Positions 50,194-59,890 of a stretch of 64,000 nt of DNA are shown here, piece after piece. A program made the translations under genes and the position numbers. The notes beneath the pieces are model-generated. The model searched no databases. It was not told the DNA's origin and worked only from the letters and a program-made list of their open reading frames with translations. The DNA comes from a virus (lineage: Duplodnaviria > Heunggongvirae > Uroviricota > Caudoviricetes). The number at the start of each line of letters is the position of its first letter. The first letter of the stretch is position 1. Where the stretch lies: IMG/VR virus record IMGVR_UViG_3300029605_000001; one strand, 5' to 3'.

Positions 50194-50386
50194 AATAAGT
50201 TAAAAAAATAGTAGACACTCTGCATACCGTCCCGCAGAATTACAGCTTTATTAAAGTTTTACGTGCGCACAGCTGAGGAACTACGTCTTTCATATTCTTA
50301 TCTAAGTGATCAACTTAGGAAATATAGAGATTTTTCTTATACGTAAATTGAAAAATCACAAGATTCGCATGTCTACTATTTTATTG

Positions 50387-50474
50387 AGGAGGATATAGGA
50401 GTCGAACCTATTCAACGGCTGATTACGTTGCCTCTGATTTCAAGTCAGGCCCATTACCGTTCTGGCAATCCTCC
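50387..50474 (-). tRNA. tRNA-Ser (UGA), type II
   Basis: Acceptor GGAGGAT/ATCCTCC. Anticodon loop CTTGAAA. Long variable arm. T-arm ATAGGTTCGACTCCTAT. Confidence 0.55.
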
Positions 50475-50478
50475 AGAA

Positions 50479-50574
50479 TTATTTATTGCGGAGATGTAGG
50501 GATCCGACCCCTATTCGTATAAACGAACGCTTGGTTTAGCAAACCAGCCCTACTCCTTGCAGATTACTATCTCC
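50479..50574 (-). tRNA. tRNA-Ser (GCU), type II
   Basis: Anticodon stem CTGGT/ACCAG with loop TTGCTAA. Long variable arm. G73. Confidence 0.5.
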
Positions 50575-50595
50575 AATAAATTATTTATCTAATTT

Positions 50596-50662
50596 GGGGT
50601 ACATACTGGACTCGAACCAATATTATCTACGCAACATTCTAACCGATTGAAATAATGTACCC
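50596..50662 (-). tRNA. atypical tRNA-like gene (67 nt; shares its acceptor with tRNA-Asp; 8-nt anticodon-position loop GCGUAGAU)
   Basis: Acceptor GGTACAT/ATGTACC. T-arm ATTGGTTCGAGTCCAGT. Stem ATGTT/AATAT enclosing GCGTAGAT. No canonical 7-nt loop fits. Confidence 0.35.
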
Positions 50663-50671
50663 TTTTGTTGC

Positions 50672-50745
50672 AGAGTCGAACCGAAATTTCTGAGGTTATG
50701 TACCTCAGCTGGTTACCATGCGCAATACACTCTGCTAAGTTGCGG
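50672..50745 (-). tRNA. tRNA-like gene, probable CAU anticodon, copy 2; T-arm not resolved
   Basis: Acceptor GCAGAGT/ACTCTGC perfect. Hairpin CTGAGG-TACATAA-CCTCAG. Contains GGTTCGA. Confidence 0.35.
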
Positions 50746-50823
50746 GAGGAGGATTCGAACCTCCACAAGCAAGTACTGTCTTTAGGTTATGAGCCTAAAA
50801 TGTTACCATTACACTATCCCACA
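50740..50823 (-). tRNA. tRNA with CAU anticodon and an unusually long variable arm, copy 3
   Basis: Acceptor TGTGGGA/TCCCGCA. D-arm GTGT-AATGGTA-ACAT. Anticodon stem TTAGG/CCTAA with loop CTCATAA. T-arm GGAGGTTCGAATCCTCC. Confidence 0.5.
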
Positions 50824-51018
50824 ATAGTAGGGTGTATCGTGCCCTAGACGAAGGATTTTTATTGCCACCTTAGCTCCATTAAGTTGATCAGACATTAATG
50901 TTTAATAAGCTATTACGCCGTTAATACAACACCACCTACCTGTAAACATCACCGATTTAAAACTTAGGACTGTAGTGTAGTAAAGGTAAAATTACGGGTT
51001 ATTACCTTCTCATAATTT

Positions 51019-51090
51019 AGTTTCTATGCGGTACATATGGGAATCGAACCCATACCCCGTGATAGACAGTCACGTATCCTAGCCACTAGA
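51019..51090 (-). tRNA. tRNA-Asp (GUC)
   Basis: Acceptor GGTACAT/ATGTACC. Anticodon stem CGTGA/TCACG with loop CTGTCTA (U at position 37). T-arm ATGGGTTCGATTCCCAT. Confidence 0.55.
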
Positions 51091-51099
51091 CCAATGTAC

Positions 51100-51660
51100 C
51101 AAAAGATCAAGAGATTCTTTATAAATTGCACTAATTCTATTCCTGTAATTTTTTATTTTTTGCTGAAAATCTCTTTGTGTTAACTTTTTACACAAAGCTA
51201 AAAATAGGTGTGCTGTTACACCAAATGCTCTAAGGGCGGTTATTGACATTGAACGTATGTGTGCAGGGACTTAACATACACACTAGCTTACTTTCGTTTT
51301 CCTACTAAAAGCTAAGGATATCTCGTATCCTCCCAATCTTAATTCCAGGCTCCTCTCGTACTATTGGAACTTATCAATAACGGACTCCGACACTTAATAT
51401 CACATCGAGCAACGTATAGGAACCCTCGTCATTTCAGACTTGGAATACTACTCTCCGAGATTAATGCTTACGCCTCCCTGTGGTTCTACGGAAGGACCAG
51501 TAAGTTCTATACCTTCACGCTTGTCAACATTGTACTAGCTACGTACAACTTAATGGATATACCAATAACTTCCACTTGCAACTCTTTAAATGACTAAAAT
51601 ATTATAATTCTAGCAAGGTTTTAACCTTGTGGCTACTCTTAAGCCTACATCCCTATTTCT
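51100..51660. ncRNA. ORF-free, relatively GC-rich (about 42% by eye) region, probably a structured RNA of unknown class
   Basis: No ORF of 60 aa or more on the gene strand. Contains hairpins and, on the minus strand, AATAGTACGAGAGGAGCCTGG, which resembles the 23S rRNA sarcin-ricin loop core AGUACGAGAGGACC. Confidence 0.3.
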
Positions 51661-51690
51661 TAGCTTTAGATTTACAAATATACAATTCAA

Positions 51691-51951
51691 TTAATTTAAT
51701 CCAAAATCAGATCTGAAATCAGATTTCAAACCAGACGAATGTACTATATTGTACAGTTCTACTGAGCCTTTTACAAGCTGAGCTAACTGCTCATTGTTTT
51801 CCATTGCATTTACCATTAAATTTAATATGTTTTTTGGGTTACCCGCAATGGCAGCTGTACACTTATCTCCTTCTTCAAGAAGACAAAATACGGAATCTAC
51901 TTTTTCTACAGATGAAAGTGCTTCCTCTACGACGTTTTTTAAATCTATCAT
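51691..51951 (-). CDS. hypothetical protein
   Basis: 86-aa ORF. Confidence 0.3.
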   Translation of the reverse strand: MIDLKNVVEEALSSVEKVDSVFCLLEEGDKCTAAIAGNPKNILNLMVNAMENNEQLAQLVKGSVELYNIVHSSGLKSDFRSDFGLN

Positions 51952-51974
51952 AATAAACTATATAAAAAGTTAAT

Positions 51975-52045
51975 ATTGAGGCTAGAGCTAGACTCGAACT
52001 ACCAACCCAAAGATCCCATTATAAGAATTATGTTCTCTTGCTGTT
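51975..52045 (-). tRNA. tRNA-like element (T-arm GGTAGTTCGAGTCTAGC; only about 61 nt foldable)
   Basis: Acceptor-like GCAAGAG/CTCTAGC with one mismatch. Could not fold a canonical cloverleaf. Confidence 0.2.
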
Positions 52046-52091
52046 AGACTTCTTATAAAATATTTTTAAAATTTAGTCAGCATAAAGACTA

Positions 52092-53531
52092 TCATGCAAA
52101 CCGTTCAATGCTCTCGTCACAATGATCTTCCATCATTTTGATGAAGGCTGTTAACTTTTTGTCATTGAGATTAATGCCAAATACTTCCTTAGCGGCATCA
52201 ACAAATTTCTTCTCAGGAGTTACAGACATATCCTTAGTCTTAGACAATTCAACTTGTCTCAGATAAGATTGTACTGAATACCGAATGTCTTCAGCTTTAA
52301 CCTCACATTGATTTGCAAGAACCATCATTGATTTAACTTTCTCAATGATTTCAGCCATAAATGCTGGAGCAATGTGACTCTCTTCAATATACTTGCATAC
52401 TTCTGTAAGATCGTCCAGGATAGTATAACATCCTATTTCGAAAGACTTACGAATAAACTGCTTAGCAGTTACTGTGTTCAACGGACCCATGGAAATAATA
52501 GTACCTACACGCTTACCTCTTAAGAAAGTAGGCTCAATCAACTCAATATGATTAGTGGTGAACAAAGTAATAACATTCATGTCCTTTGTATCACCGCCAT
52601 CAAGAGTGTTCAGAATATCCTGCATGGCAGAGTCACGATTACCACGAGTTACTTGATCAATGTCTTCAACAAAGACAAGGACTCCATGACCGGACTGATC
52701 AATGATTTTAGACATTCTCAAAGCCTCAGCCAACAATTTTGGATCTTTCAAGTAAACAAACATCCAATTATTGGCAACTGCTTGGCGTGCAAGCTTAAAG
52801 GCAAGGAGAGTTTTTCCAGTGCCATATCCGCCTTCCAGTAAAGCTCCAAACTTCAAAGGAATTCCTTTCTCGACACACATTTCAGGGTTAAGGAGCCTAG
52901 CATAAATAGGACGTAATGCATATTCAGTCTCTTTACTGAGTACCATAAGTTGATTATCAATGCTACTCAAATCCAGTATTTTAGGAGCGTTGATGTCTGA
53001 TATCTCAAGAGCTTGACCCTTATATATGGAATTCGTACGAATATTTTGTTTCGTAGCTTCCATAATATCGTCCATGATAGATGAGAACCTGAACTGACAT
53101 TTGCCAGTAACGATTAATTCATGAGTCTCATTATTATAGTTAATGTTGATACATGAACCTTCTCCAAGACCACCAAGAGAAATATCTCCATACGGAGCTT
53201 TCACTCTTGTTCCATCAGCCAGAGTAATGTCCACAGTCTGAATGCTTTGATCGCCAGAAGGACTATTATTTTCCTTGGATACTACAGACCCAAATACTTG
53301 AGATATAGCCTGATTCAGCTGGTAAATACCATCATCTCTAAAGCATCTGAGACGATAATTAATTTTAGCAATCTTTTTTGACTGCTTAATTTCTCCCTCA
53401 ATGTAATCCAAGCAGTCAGCATACTTAGTGCCAGGAATTTGCATTACTTCAATGAAACGTTGTTTCATTGACTCTTCATACTGGTTTACCTTGCTTTCCA
53501 ACAAGGAACTTTTTGATTTCTTTTCAGTCAT
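52092..53531 (-). CDS. AAA+ ATPase
   Basis: Walker A GGYGTGKTLLAFKLA. Walker B GVLVFVEDIDQV. Sensor TLFTTNH. Confidence 0.65.
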   Translation of the reverse strand: MTEKKSKSSLLESKVNQYEESMKQRFIEVMQIPGTKYADCLDYIEGEIKQSKKIAKINYRLRCFRDDGIYQLNQAISQVFGSVVSKENNSPSGDQSIQTVDITLADGTRVKAPYGDISLGGLGEGSCININYNNETHELIVTGKCQFRFSSIMDDIMEATKQNIRTNSIYKGQALEISDINAPKILDLSSIDNQLMVLSKETEYALRPIYARLLNPEMCVEKGIPLKFGALLEGGYGTGKTLLAFKLARQAVANNWMFVYLKDPKLLAEALRMSKIIDQSGHGVLVFVEDIDQVTRGNRDSAMQDILNTLDGGDTKDMNVITLFTTNHIELIEPTFLRGKRVGTIISMGPLNTVTAKQFIRKSFEIGCYTILDDLTEVCKYIEESHIAPAFMAEIIEKVKSMMVLANQCEVKAEDIRYSVQSYLRQVELSKTKDMSVTPEKKFVDAAKEVFGINLNDKKLTAFIKMMEDHCDESIERFA

Positions 53532-53543
53532 TACAAAAATTTT

Positions 53544-53888
53544 TTAGTGTATCTTTCTTATTTCTTTTTTTATTGCTTTGCAATTTTCTATAGTGGTGGT
53601 TAAGCACCCGAAGTGAATAATATCATTATCCTTAATTATTTCAAGATTTTTTTCTGGAATTTCTTCCTTCTGATTAGAACTCTTAAGGATATTTTCTATA
53701 TCACTATATCTTACTATTGTATTCTTACAGAATAACAAACTTCTATCTGGGATATAAATGACATCGTATCCTTGTATTTCCCCTACTTTTATTTTTTTAT
53801 CCATGCTGCTATTATTAGTATTAAAATGATAAGTACTACAACAACGAAAGTAAATGGAATCCAGAAAGGAGATAAAACCCATGGCCAA
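53544..53888 (-). CDS. hypothetical protein
   Basis: 114-aa ORF. Confidence 0.3.
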   Translation of the reverse strand: MAMGFISFLDSIYFRCCSTYHFNTNNSSMDKKIKVGEIQGYDVIYIPDRSLLFCKNTIVRYSDIENILKSSNQKEEIPEKNLEIIKDNDIIHFGCLTTTIENCKAIKKEIRKIH

Positions 53889-53994
53889 TCAATAAAATTA
53901 GCCAATTTGAGTAAAACAAACATTAAGCCAAGTATTGTAAAAAAACTTGGACCACTATAAATTTCTCTATTACTCATATTGTATTCTCTTATAG

Positions 53995-54056
53995 AGCATC
54001 CACTCAGATTCGAACTGAGAAATCCGCATTACAAGTGCGGTGTTTTACCATTAAAA
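53995..54056 (-). tRNA. tRNA-Thr (UGU)
   Basis: Acceptor GCATCCA/TGGATGC. Anticodon stem CCGCA/TGCGG with loop CTTGTAA. T-arm CTCAGTTCGAATCTGAG. Confidence 0.6.
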
Positions 54057-54094
54057 CTATGGATGCAATATAGTAGGGTAATAAACCCTACTAC

Positions 54095-55807
54095 TTAATC
54101 TATTACCTTTAACATATTAAGTAATTCTTGGTTCATAGCTGCCTCAAATAGTTCTTCTGCATTTCTTGGAGTGGGTTTAGAAGAATCTGTTCCAAGTATG
54201 AAAGCTATGGCAGAAGGATCATACCCAGATAAATAATAGAAATTAGGCGCATCTGCAAAGTCTTCAAACTTAACAGAATTATTTCCATAATATCTATTAG
54301 GGATATCCCATGAGATTATTTTGAACTTAGAGACATATTCATCACTAAATCCAGCTTCACGTAGACGTCTAATTGCCAATTGAAAATTAGTACTATCATT
54401 AGATAATTCTCCACGCCATCCCATTTTAGCAGGATTTAACTCACCATCGCTAATTAGAAGCAATCCAGTTGGAAAGTCTTCCTCCTTAACTCCTCTTTGT
54501 TTAAGATTGATAAACAAATCTATAACAGATTGGAAGTTAGTTCCACCATAGGCTTCACATCTATCGTTGATATACTTATCAACTGGTGTGTTACCTTTCC
54601 ACTGATGTAACTTACATTTGTCTGCAAATTCTGCAAATGAATTAGCAAAAGGACCCTTTAAGAAAGAAGAGAAGTATAAAGCCATAGATTTTCCTATATC
54701 ATATGATGATACATTACATCCTAAGACAGTACTGGTCATAGACGAAGAAGTATCTCGTACAACAAGTAAAGTGGAATTAACTCCTTCTTTTCCAGTTTTC
54801 ACAAGTTGTTCAAATTGAGCGTTTATAGTATACTCCTTGTAATTCTCTACGTGAAAACAGCGATATCCAGAACCTAGAGGACTAAATAGTTCGTGTACAT
54901 ATCCAGTATATTTAGCAACTGGCTGACTCTTAATCCATTCAAAATACTTTTCTTCCAATCCATGATTCCTCAAAAAGTTTGAACCAACCAGAATTGCTAA
55001 TGCTCTACCGGCTATAGTATTAAAGTTTATGTCTTGGTATAAGCTATTAGAAATAGCTTGTTGCCACTTATGTGCTTGACCTTCAGTCTTTATTTTTCTA
55101 TAGCATTTATATGCAGATTCTTTCCCTAAATTAGGGAACAGCTTTCTAGCTACCCATCTACCAATAATAGTATCAGCTTGAGCTTCAAGAGTTTTGCAAT
55201 TTTTATTAGTCCTAATAGTAGGCATATACTTTCGAACTAAATTCGTTGTCTCCTCATTAGCAAGACCTGCTGAGATTATCGACATAAAGAATTTCCAATT
55301 AAGCTTTCTATGTTCCCATCCATTATACTGCAAGTCTATGGATAACATCTGGAAAATGTCTTTCCAAGAACCTGCGGCAATGAAATAAGGAATATTAGCC
55401 TTAAAAGTATTAGGATGATTGATTGCCAGCCACATCATTCTCATAATACCTTCATGTTTGAGTCCTTGTCCTCTTTGGACTCCAAGTTCTTCAGCTACTC
55501 CTTCAGAATTTACCACTACTGATTTTCTAGTAATAAGTCTTATATATACTGTAAGTCTTAAACACAATTCAGGATTTTGACTCCACAGTAAATCCATAGT
55601 TCTGGATATCTCACTATAAGAACGTGGTTCCTTATAGTGTGAAACAGAAGCAAAATCATCTACGAAATCATTTCCTGAAGTAGAATATTTTTTTGCCCCA
55701 TTTCCAGAAGAAGTTACAGAAGTTTCTTTCAATCCTTCTTTCAGAAATTGATTTTCAGTTCCCTTTTCTACATTCATAAGAGAACTAAGTTTCTTCTCAA
55801 ATGCCAT
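54095..55807 (-). CDS. large protein with C-terminal von Willebrand factor A-like domain (DUF2828-like)
   Basis: LLVVRDTSSSM resembles the MIDAS DxSxS motif. Overall architecture resembles phage vWA proteins. Confidence 0.45.
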   Translation of the reverse strand: MAFEKKLSSLMNVEKGTENQFLKEGLKETSVTSSGNGAKKYSTSGNDFVDDFASVSHYKEPRSYSEISRTMDLLWSQNPELCLRLTVYIRLITRKSVVVNSEGVAEELGVQRGQGLKHEGIMRMMWLAINHPNTFKANIPYFIAAGSWKDIFQMLSIDLQYNGWEHRKLNWKFFMSIISAGLANEETTNLVRKYMPTIRTNKNCKTLEAQADTIIGRWVARKLFPNLGKESAYKCYRKIKTEGQAHKWQQAISNSLYQDINFNTIAGRALAILVGSNFLRNHGLEEKYFEWIKSQPVAKYTGYVHELFSPLGSGYRCFHVENYKEYTINAQFEQLVKTGKEGVNSTLLVVRDTSSSMTSTVLGCNVSSYDIGKSMALYFSSFLKGPFANSFAEFADKCKLHQWKGNTPVDKYINDRCEAYGGTNFQSVIDLFINLKQRGVKEEDFPTGLLLISDGELNPAKMGWRGELSNDSTNFQLAIRRLREAGFSDEYVSKFKIISWDIPNRYYGNNSVKFEDFADAPNFYYLSGYDPSAIAFILGTDSSKPTPRNAEELFEAAMNQELLNMLKVID

Positions 55808-55977
55808 TTCTATTTTACTTTAATTAGTTTATAATTTCATTATTTTTTCTTAAACGCTTCTACTATTGAAGTAATTCCTTCAAATACAATATATAGAATC
55901 GCAATAAATCCTAATAAATGTCCGACGTCTCCAAGTATATACTCTATAATTTCCATATTAACTAAATTAGAAAGATG

Positions 55978-56582
55978 TTAGGAATTATGATACTTCCACT
56001 TATATCTATAAGCCGATTTTCTTTTACCAGAACAAACCAGAGAAATGGCACTATGTCCAGTCTTACAATCAATAATTCCGTGATTAACTAACCACTAATA
56101 AGCAGAATCAAATGACTAAAAAGTCTATATGTAATTTCCAGCCATATCATATTGATCTACTTTTTTGCATTTAGTTAATTTTACTCCAGATGCCTTTAAT
56201 ACTTTGCGTACTGTAGAAGCATCACATTTCATTTTACTGGCTATATTATTTGGAGAATATCCTAAATTATATAAGTCTATGATTTCTCTATGATCATACA
56301 GAATAGAGCCATCACCTCCTTTGGTAGCATTATAACCATAGGTTTGTAGCTCACGTATCCAGTAGATTTCTCTTTCAGATAATTTATCATTATCTACTAC
56401 TTCTATACTTTAAAATTTTCAACCCCATACTTTCTCATAGCATCATAAAGAGGTCTCTTTTCACATCTCTCTTTGAAAGCATCACAACAATGCTATTTAA
56501 ATCTTTCCTCAATATTGGAAGTAGTTTTTCCAATATATTTCTTACTATTAATCAGATTCGTTATACAATAAATACATCCCAT
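55978..56582 (-). CDS. I-TevI-like GIY-YIG homing endonuclease with four in-frame TAG codons and an apparent frameshift
   Basis: ATG 56580-56582: MGCIYCITNLINSKKYIGKTTSNIEERFK-TAG-HCCDAFKERCEKRPLYDAMRKYGVENFKV. The frame then changes at AATTTTAAAGTA to SIEVVDNDKLSEREIYWIRELQTYGYNATKGGDG...IASKMKCDASTVRKVLKASG...GNYI-TAG-TF-TAG-SFDSAY-TAG-WLVNHGIIDCKTGHSAISLVCSGKRKSAYRYKWKY, ending at TAA. The tail parallels I-TevI. Confidence 0.55.
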
Positions 56583-57035
56583 AATTATTACTTTATGTCT
56601 ACATTAGCGTTACCCAGAATATACCACATGGAGGTTGTAGACTTATATTCCTAAATAAACCATTCACCCTTAGCCGCAGAATATTCTCCCATTGAGAATA
56701 TTCTTAAAATTTTATACATTATTTCCTAATTATAGGAATCATACAACTAGGTGTTAAGACTTTGCTTTGTAACACTTTCTTAATACATAACTTAAAGATT
56801 CTTATCATAACTTTACAAATTTAGTTAATAAATATATAATCTAAAATTCTAATTATGCAAATGAAGAAATTTTCAGTTAAAACGTAAGGATTTTAATTTA
56901 GGAATTACCCCAACCTATAATTAAAATCCATACGTGTTACTACAAGAGCCTCCCAGTTTATTTAGGTGATGTTGCACCTCAGCAGTTTCTTGTTGAAACT
57001 CTTTCAAAGTCACTGGTTTATAGATTACCAAGAAA

Positions 57036-57224
57036 CTAGGGTATTATTTTTTCTTCTAAGTGTATATCCCTTGTTCCTAACTCTTTGTTTAACTTGCTTG
57101 CAAGACTCCTTGCAAATGCTTCTGTTTCCCATACAGCAGCTTCCTCTTCTTTAGAGGAAATTACTAATTCTCCGCCTTTATAAGATTTTACGTAAGAATT
57201 ACTACCTACTTTTAATATGTACAT
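57036..57224 (-). CDS. hypothetical protein
   Basis: 62-aa ORF. Confidence 0.2.
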   Translation of the reverse strand: MYILKVGSNSYVKSYKGGELVISSKEEEAAVWETEAFARSLASKLNKELGTRDIHLEEKIIP

Positions 57225-57581
57225 AAATTTAATTTAAAATTAATAGTTGGGTTACTAACTGATTTTATATAAGTAAGTTGTCCCAGAGGAGTACGATTCC
57301 CCAATTTCAGGATCAAAACCTGACGTGTTACCAATTACACCATGAGACAATAATCTGATTACTCTTCTGGATTAGATTTATAATAGTCTATCCAGTAATT
57401 GGCCTCCATATCTTCGGCGATTTCTTTCATTTCTTCATCAGATAAATTTTCATAAGGATCATTCTTTTCCTCTTCTTATTCAGAAATTTACTATAAAAAG
57501 GCTTTTCCTTGATTTTTATATCAGGAATTTTCATCATTTCCTTCAGTTCTTCTGGAAATCTAAGTGGTATGCTAGAACCTT

Positions 57582-57764
57582 TCATATCTCCCAAAAGTTA
57601 ATAAGGTTTACTCTGTCTCTGTAAGGCATCTCACTCTCTAATGCTCTCACACACTCTAATATAGAAATAGGATTTCCATCACATTCCACAATAGCATTAT
57701 AGAAACTTGTACCTAATGAAAACTCTATACAGTAGCTAACTAAATATTTTTTTAATTCCTTCAT
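57582..57764 (-). CDS. hypothetical protein
   Basis: 60-aa ORF. Confidence 0.2.
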   Translation of the reverse strand: MKELKKYLVSYCIEFSLGTSFYNAIVECDGNPISILECVRALESEMPYRDRVNLINFWEI

Positions 57765-58189
57765 ATCTCTAAATCTCTTTCTATACGCTTTACTTTCTTA
57801 ATATACAGAGAATCCTCTGCATATCCTATTCTTTCTAAAAAATCGTAATAATTTTCTCCTTCTTTTAGCTTATACTCTACTAGTTTCTTATAAGCAATTA
57901 TACATTGAGTCCAATGCTCAAATTCGTAGTAGTCTTTTTTCCTACTATTATATAGTCCAAGAAAATTATTCTTAGTTTTATATATAAAAGAAGTATAATT
58001 ACCACTTTCTAATTTAGCCTGGGCTAATACACTCTTTGGATATTTAACTTCATAATGTATAAGTGCATCATATAAAATAGAATCATTTATTTCATGTTCG
58101 TAATAAGGATTTCTATTTATATTAGATGGGGCAGAAGTAATAAATATCCCAAACAGGAATACAATAATTAACACTATTATTTTATTCAT
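57761..58189 (-). CDS. secreted glucosaminidase-like peptidoglycan hydrolase (FlgJ/mannosyl-glycoprotein endo-beta-N-acetylglucosaminidase family)
   Basis: Signal peptide. LAQAKLESGNYTS resembles the glucosaminidase active-site region LAQAALESGWG. Confidence 0.45.
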   Translation of the reverse strand: MNKIIVLIIVFLFGIFITSAPSNINRNPYYEHEINDSILYDALIHYEVKYPKSVLAQAKLESGNYTSFIYKTKNNFLGLYNSRKKDYYEFEHWTQCIIAYKKLVEYKLKEGENYYDFLERIGYAEDSLYIKKVKRIERDLEI

Positions 58190-58287
58190 ATCAATTTAGA
58201 AGTAAATTAAAGTATAGGGTATTTCACGATAGCCTATACTTATGGGTATTTATTTTTAATTATAGATAGCCACAGCAGACGGCACTG

Positions 58288-58363
58288 TGGGAGTAGAAGG
58301 ACTTGAACCTCCAGTCTCCGAAGAGAACAGATTTACAGTCTGCGCGGCTACCGATTACACTCC
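58288..58363 (-). tRNA. tRNA-Tyr (GUA)-like, long variable arm, shortened D-arm
   Basis: Anticodon stem GCAGA/TCTGT with loop CTGTAAA. Variable arm TCTCTTCGGAGAC. T-arm GGAGGTTCAAGTCCTTC. Acceptor imperfect. Confidence 0.45.
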
Positions 58364-58430
58364 AAAAAAAAATTTAAATACTGCTATCTTCACAGACTGT
58401 AGTATTCTCTAAATAATATTTACTACGCAG

Positions 58431-58502
58431 TGGAACCACCGAGATTCGAACTCGGGTGACTAGCTTGCAAAGCTAGCATAATAGCCTCTATATGATGGCC
58501 CC
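58431..58502 (-). tRNA. tRNA-Ala (UGC)
   Basis: Acceptor GGGGCCA/TGGTTCC (two G-U). Anticodon stem CTAGC/GCTAG with loop TTTGCAA. T-arm CCGAGTTCGAATCTCGG. Confidence 0.55.
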
Positions 58503-58534
58503 ATATTAAGTAGGGTAGACAGGATTCGAACATA

Positions 58535-59024
58535 TTATAGTAATTTTCTACTGTCTTTAATTTCCTATGTAATTTCAAGACTGCCTCTATGTACTTTTGA
58601 ATGGTGATTAGCACATAACACTATTAGATTATCAACATCATTGTTGTTATGATTATAATCAATATGATGTACTTCTAGTACATATAGTGCATTCTTTTAT
58701 ATAAGTCCTATAAGCTGCTATTATGTGTGTATTATTTCCTACTCGTCCTCCTTTCCAATTAGGATTATTTTCTCTAGTTCTAAAGTGAGAATTGTTGTAA
58801 GAACATGATTTATCACAAAAAACATTTCCAGTTTTACTCTTTGCTATTTCAGAAGGAGTTTTTAATAATTCCTTTCCACAATTAGCACAAGTACATTTTA
58901 TTTTCTTTGACTTAGATCTACATTCCTAAGAACAATACATCTTCCATCCTTTTTTCAATGATTCATTTACCTTATTTGTGGGCTTGTCGAATTCTTTTCC
59001 ACAATAATCACATTTTATTATCAT
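58535..59024 (-). CDS. HNH endonuclease with zinc ribbons, one or two in-frame TAG codons and an apparent +1 frameshift
   Basis: ATG 59022-59024: MIIKCDYCGKEFDKPTNKVNESLKKGWKMYCS-TAG-ECRSKSKKIKCTCANCGKE...RTYIKECTICT. The frame then shifts to ...LEVHHIDYNHNNNDVDNLIVLCANHHSKVHRGSLEIT-TAG-EIKDSRKLL, ending at TAA. Confidence 0.5.
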
Positions 59025-59039
59025 ATTCAAAATTTTTAG

Positions 59040-59111
59040 TCGAGAATGTGCGACTCGAACGCCTCCTCGAAGTCCCAAACTTCGTGTGCTACCCATTACA
59101 CTACATTCTCG
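59040..59111 (-). tRNA. tRNA-Pro (UGG)
   Basis: Acceptor CGAGAAT/ATTCTCG. Anticodon stem CGAAG/CTTCG with loop TTTGGGA. Confidence 0.5.
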
Positions 59112-59171
59112 ATTTACAGTAGAAATTGTGCTCCCAAAGCACGCATCATAGACCTACTACCCTAAATAATG

Positions 59172-59256
59172 TGAATCCACTGGGACTCGAACCCAGACTC
59201 TTCGGATTAAAAGTCCGAGGCTTTCGACCTAAGTCTACCAATTAAGCTATGGATTC
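59172..59256 (-). tRNA. tRNA-Lys (UUU) with an enlarged D-loop (about 20 nt, containing an extra hairpin)
   Basis: Acceptor GAATCCA/TGGATTC. D-stem GCTT/AAGC enclosing AATTGGTAGACTTAGGTCGA. Anticodon stem TCGGA/TCCGA with loop CTTTTAA. T-arm CTGGGTTCGAGTCCCAG. Confidence 0.5.
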
Positions 59257-59263
59257 ATCTATG

Positions 59264-59342
59264 CGTACACGGTAGGAATCGAACCTACGTTGGGGACTTC
59301 TCCACGGCGGGTTAACGGCCCGCTGCCATCGACCACATGTAC
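59264..59342 (-). tRNA. tRNA, probable Asn (GUU) but with C33 and a long extra arm; noncanonical
   Basis: Acceptor GTACATG/CGTGTAC. Hairpin GCGGG-CCGTTAA-CCCGC. T-arm GTAGGTTCGATTCCTAC. D region short. Confidence 0.35.
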
Positions 59343-59817
59343 AGTTTGCTGCCTATTAATTAAGCAAAGGATATCTCCCATAATACCAATATTAATTAAT
59401 TACAGCTGAGTTATTTTTATTACCAATTCAATAACTAAAGGTAAGAGTATCATGCCCTAGAACTCTCAAATAGGTATCCATTTTAGGATGAATAAGCCTG
59501 GTTATCTTCAGGATAACCTCCGTGGGATTAATAGATGTTGGCTGTTTCTATCCTATCATTGCGTTGCCAACTAACTACTTGTCAATAGGAGCATAAAGTG
59601 AATAGCAGATACATTTTTCAGTATCACTTTAAATGCGGAGGACTCTGCTATATTTCATACAGTTAAATGTTTGTCGCAACCTCACATACTAGCGATTGCA
59701 CCTGACTATTTATATTCACAAATACAGAGCACAGTTTACTAGAGTTTCATTTTTACCAATATACTAGAAATTTTGCTGTCTGTGCTTTTATAATTTACTA
59801 TCATAAGTATTTAATTG

Positions 59818-59890
59818 AGCGGGTAGAGGGAGTTAAACCCTCGTCCTTAGGTTGGAGGCCTAATATAATAATCGCTATACGATACCCGCG
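59818..59890 (-). tRNA. tRNA-Gly (UCC), C at position 33
   Basis: Acceptor GCGGGTA/TACCCGC. Anticodon stem TTAGG/CCTAA with loop CCTCCAA. T-arm GAGGGTTTAACTCCCTC. Confidence 0.5.

Noticed and set aside
51100-51660. tmRNA or RNase P RNA in the GC-rich block
   Set aside because: No tRNA-like T-arm or acceptor for tmRNA was found. None of the conserved RNase P strings was seen.
58505-58560. Stand-alone T-arm-like hairpin (GGATTCGAAC) next to tRNA-Ala
   Set aside because: No acceptor or anticodon arms. It also falls within the possible TAG read-through tail of the HNH gene, so it is not called as a tRNA.
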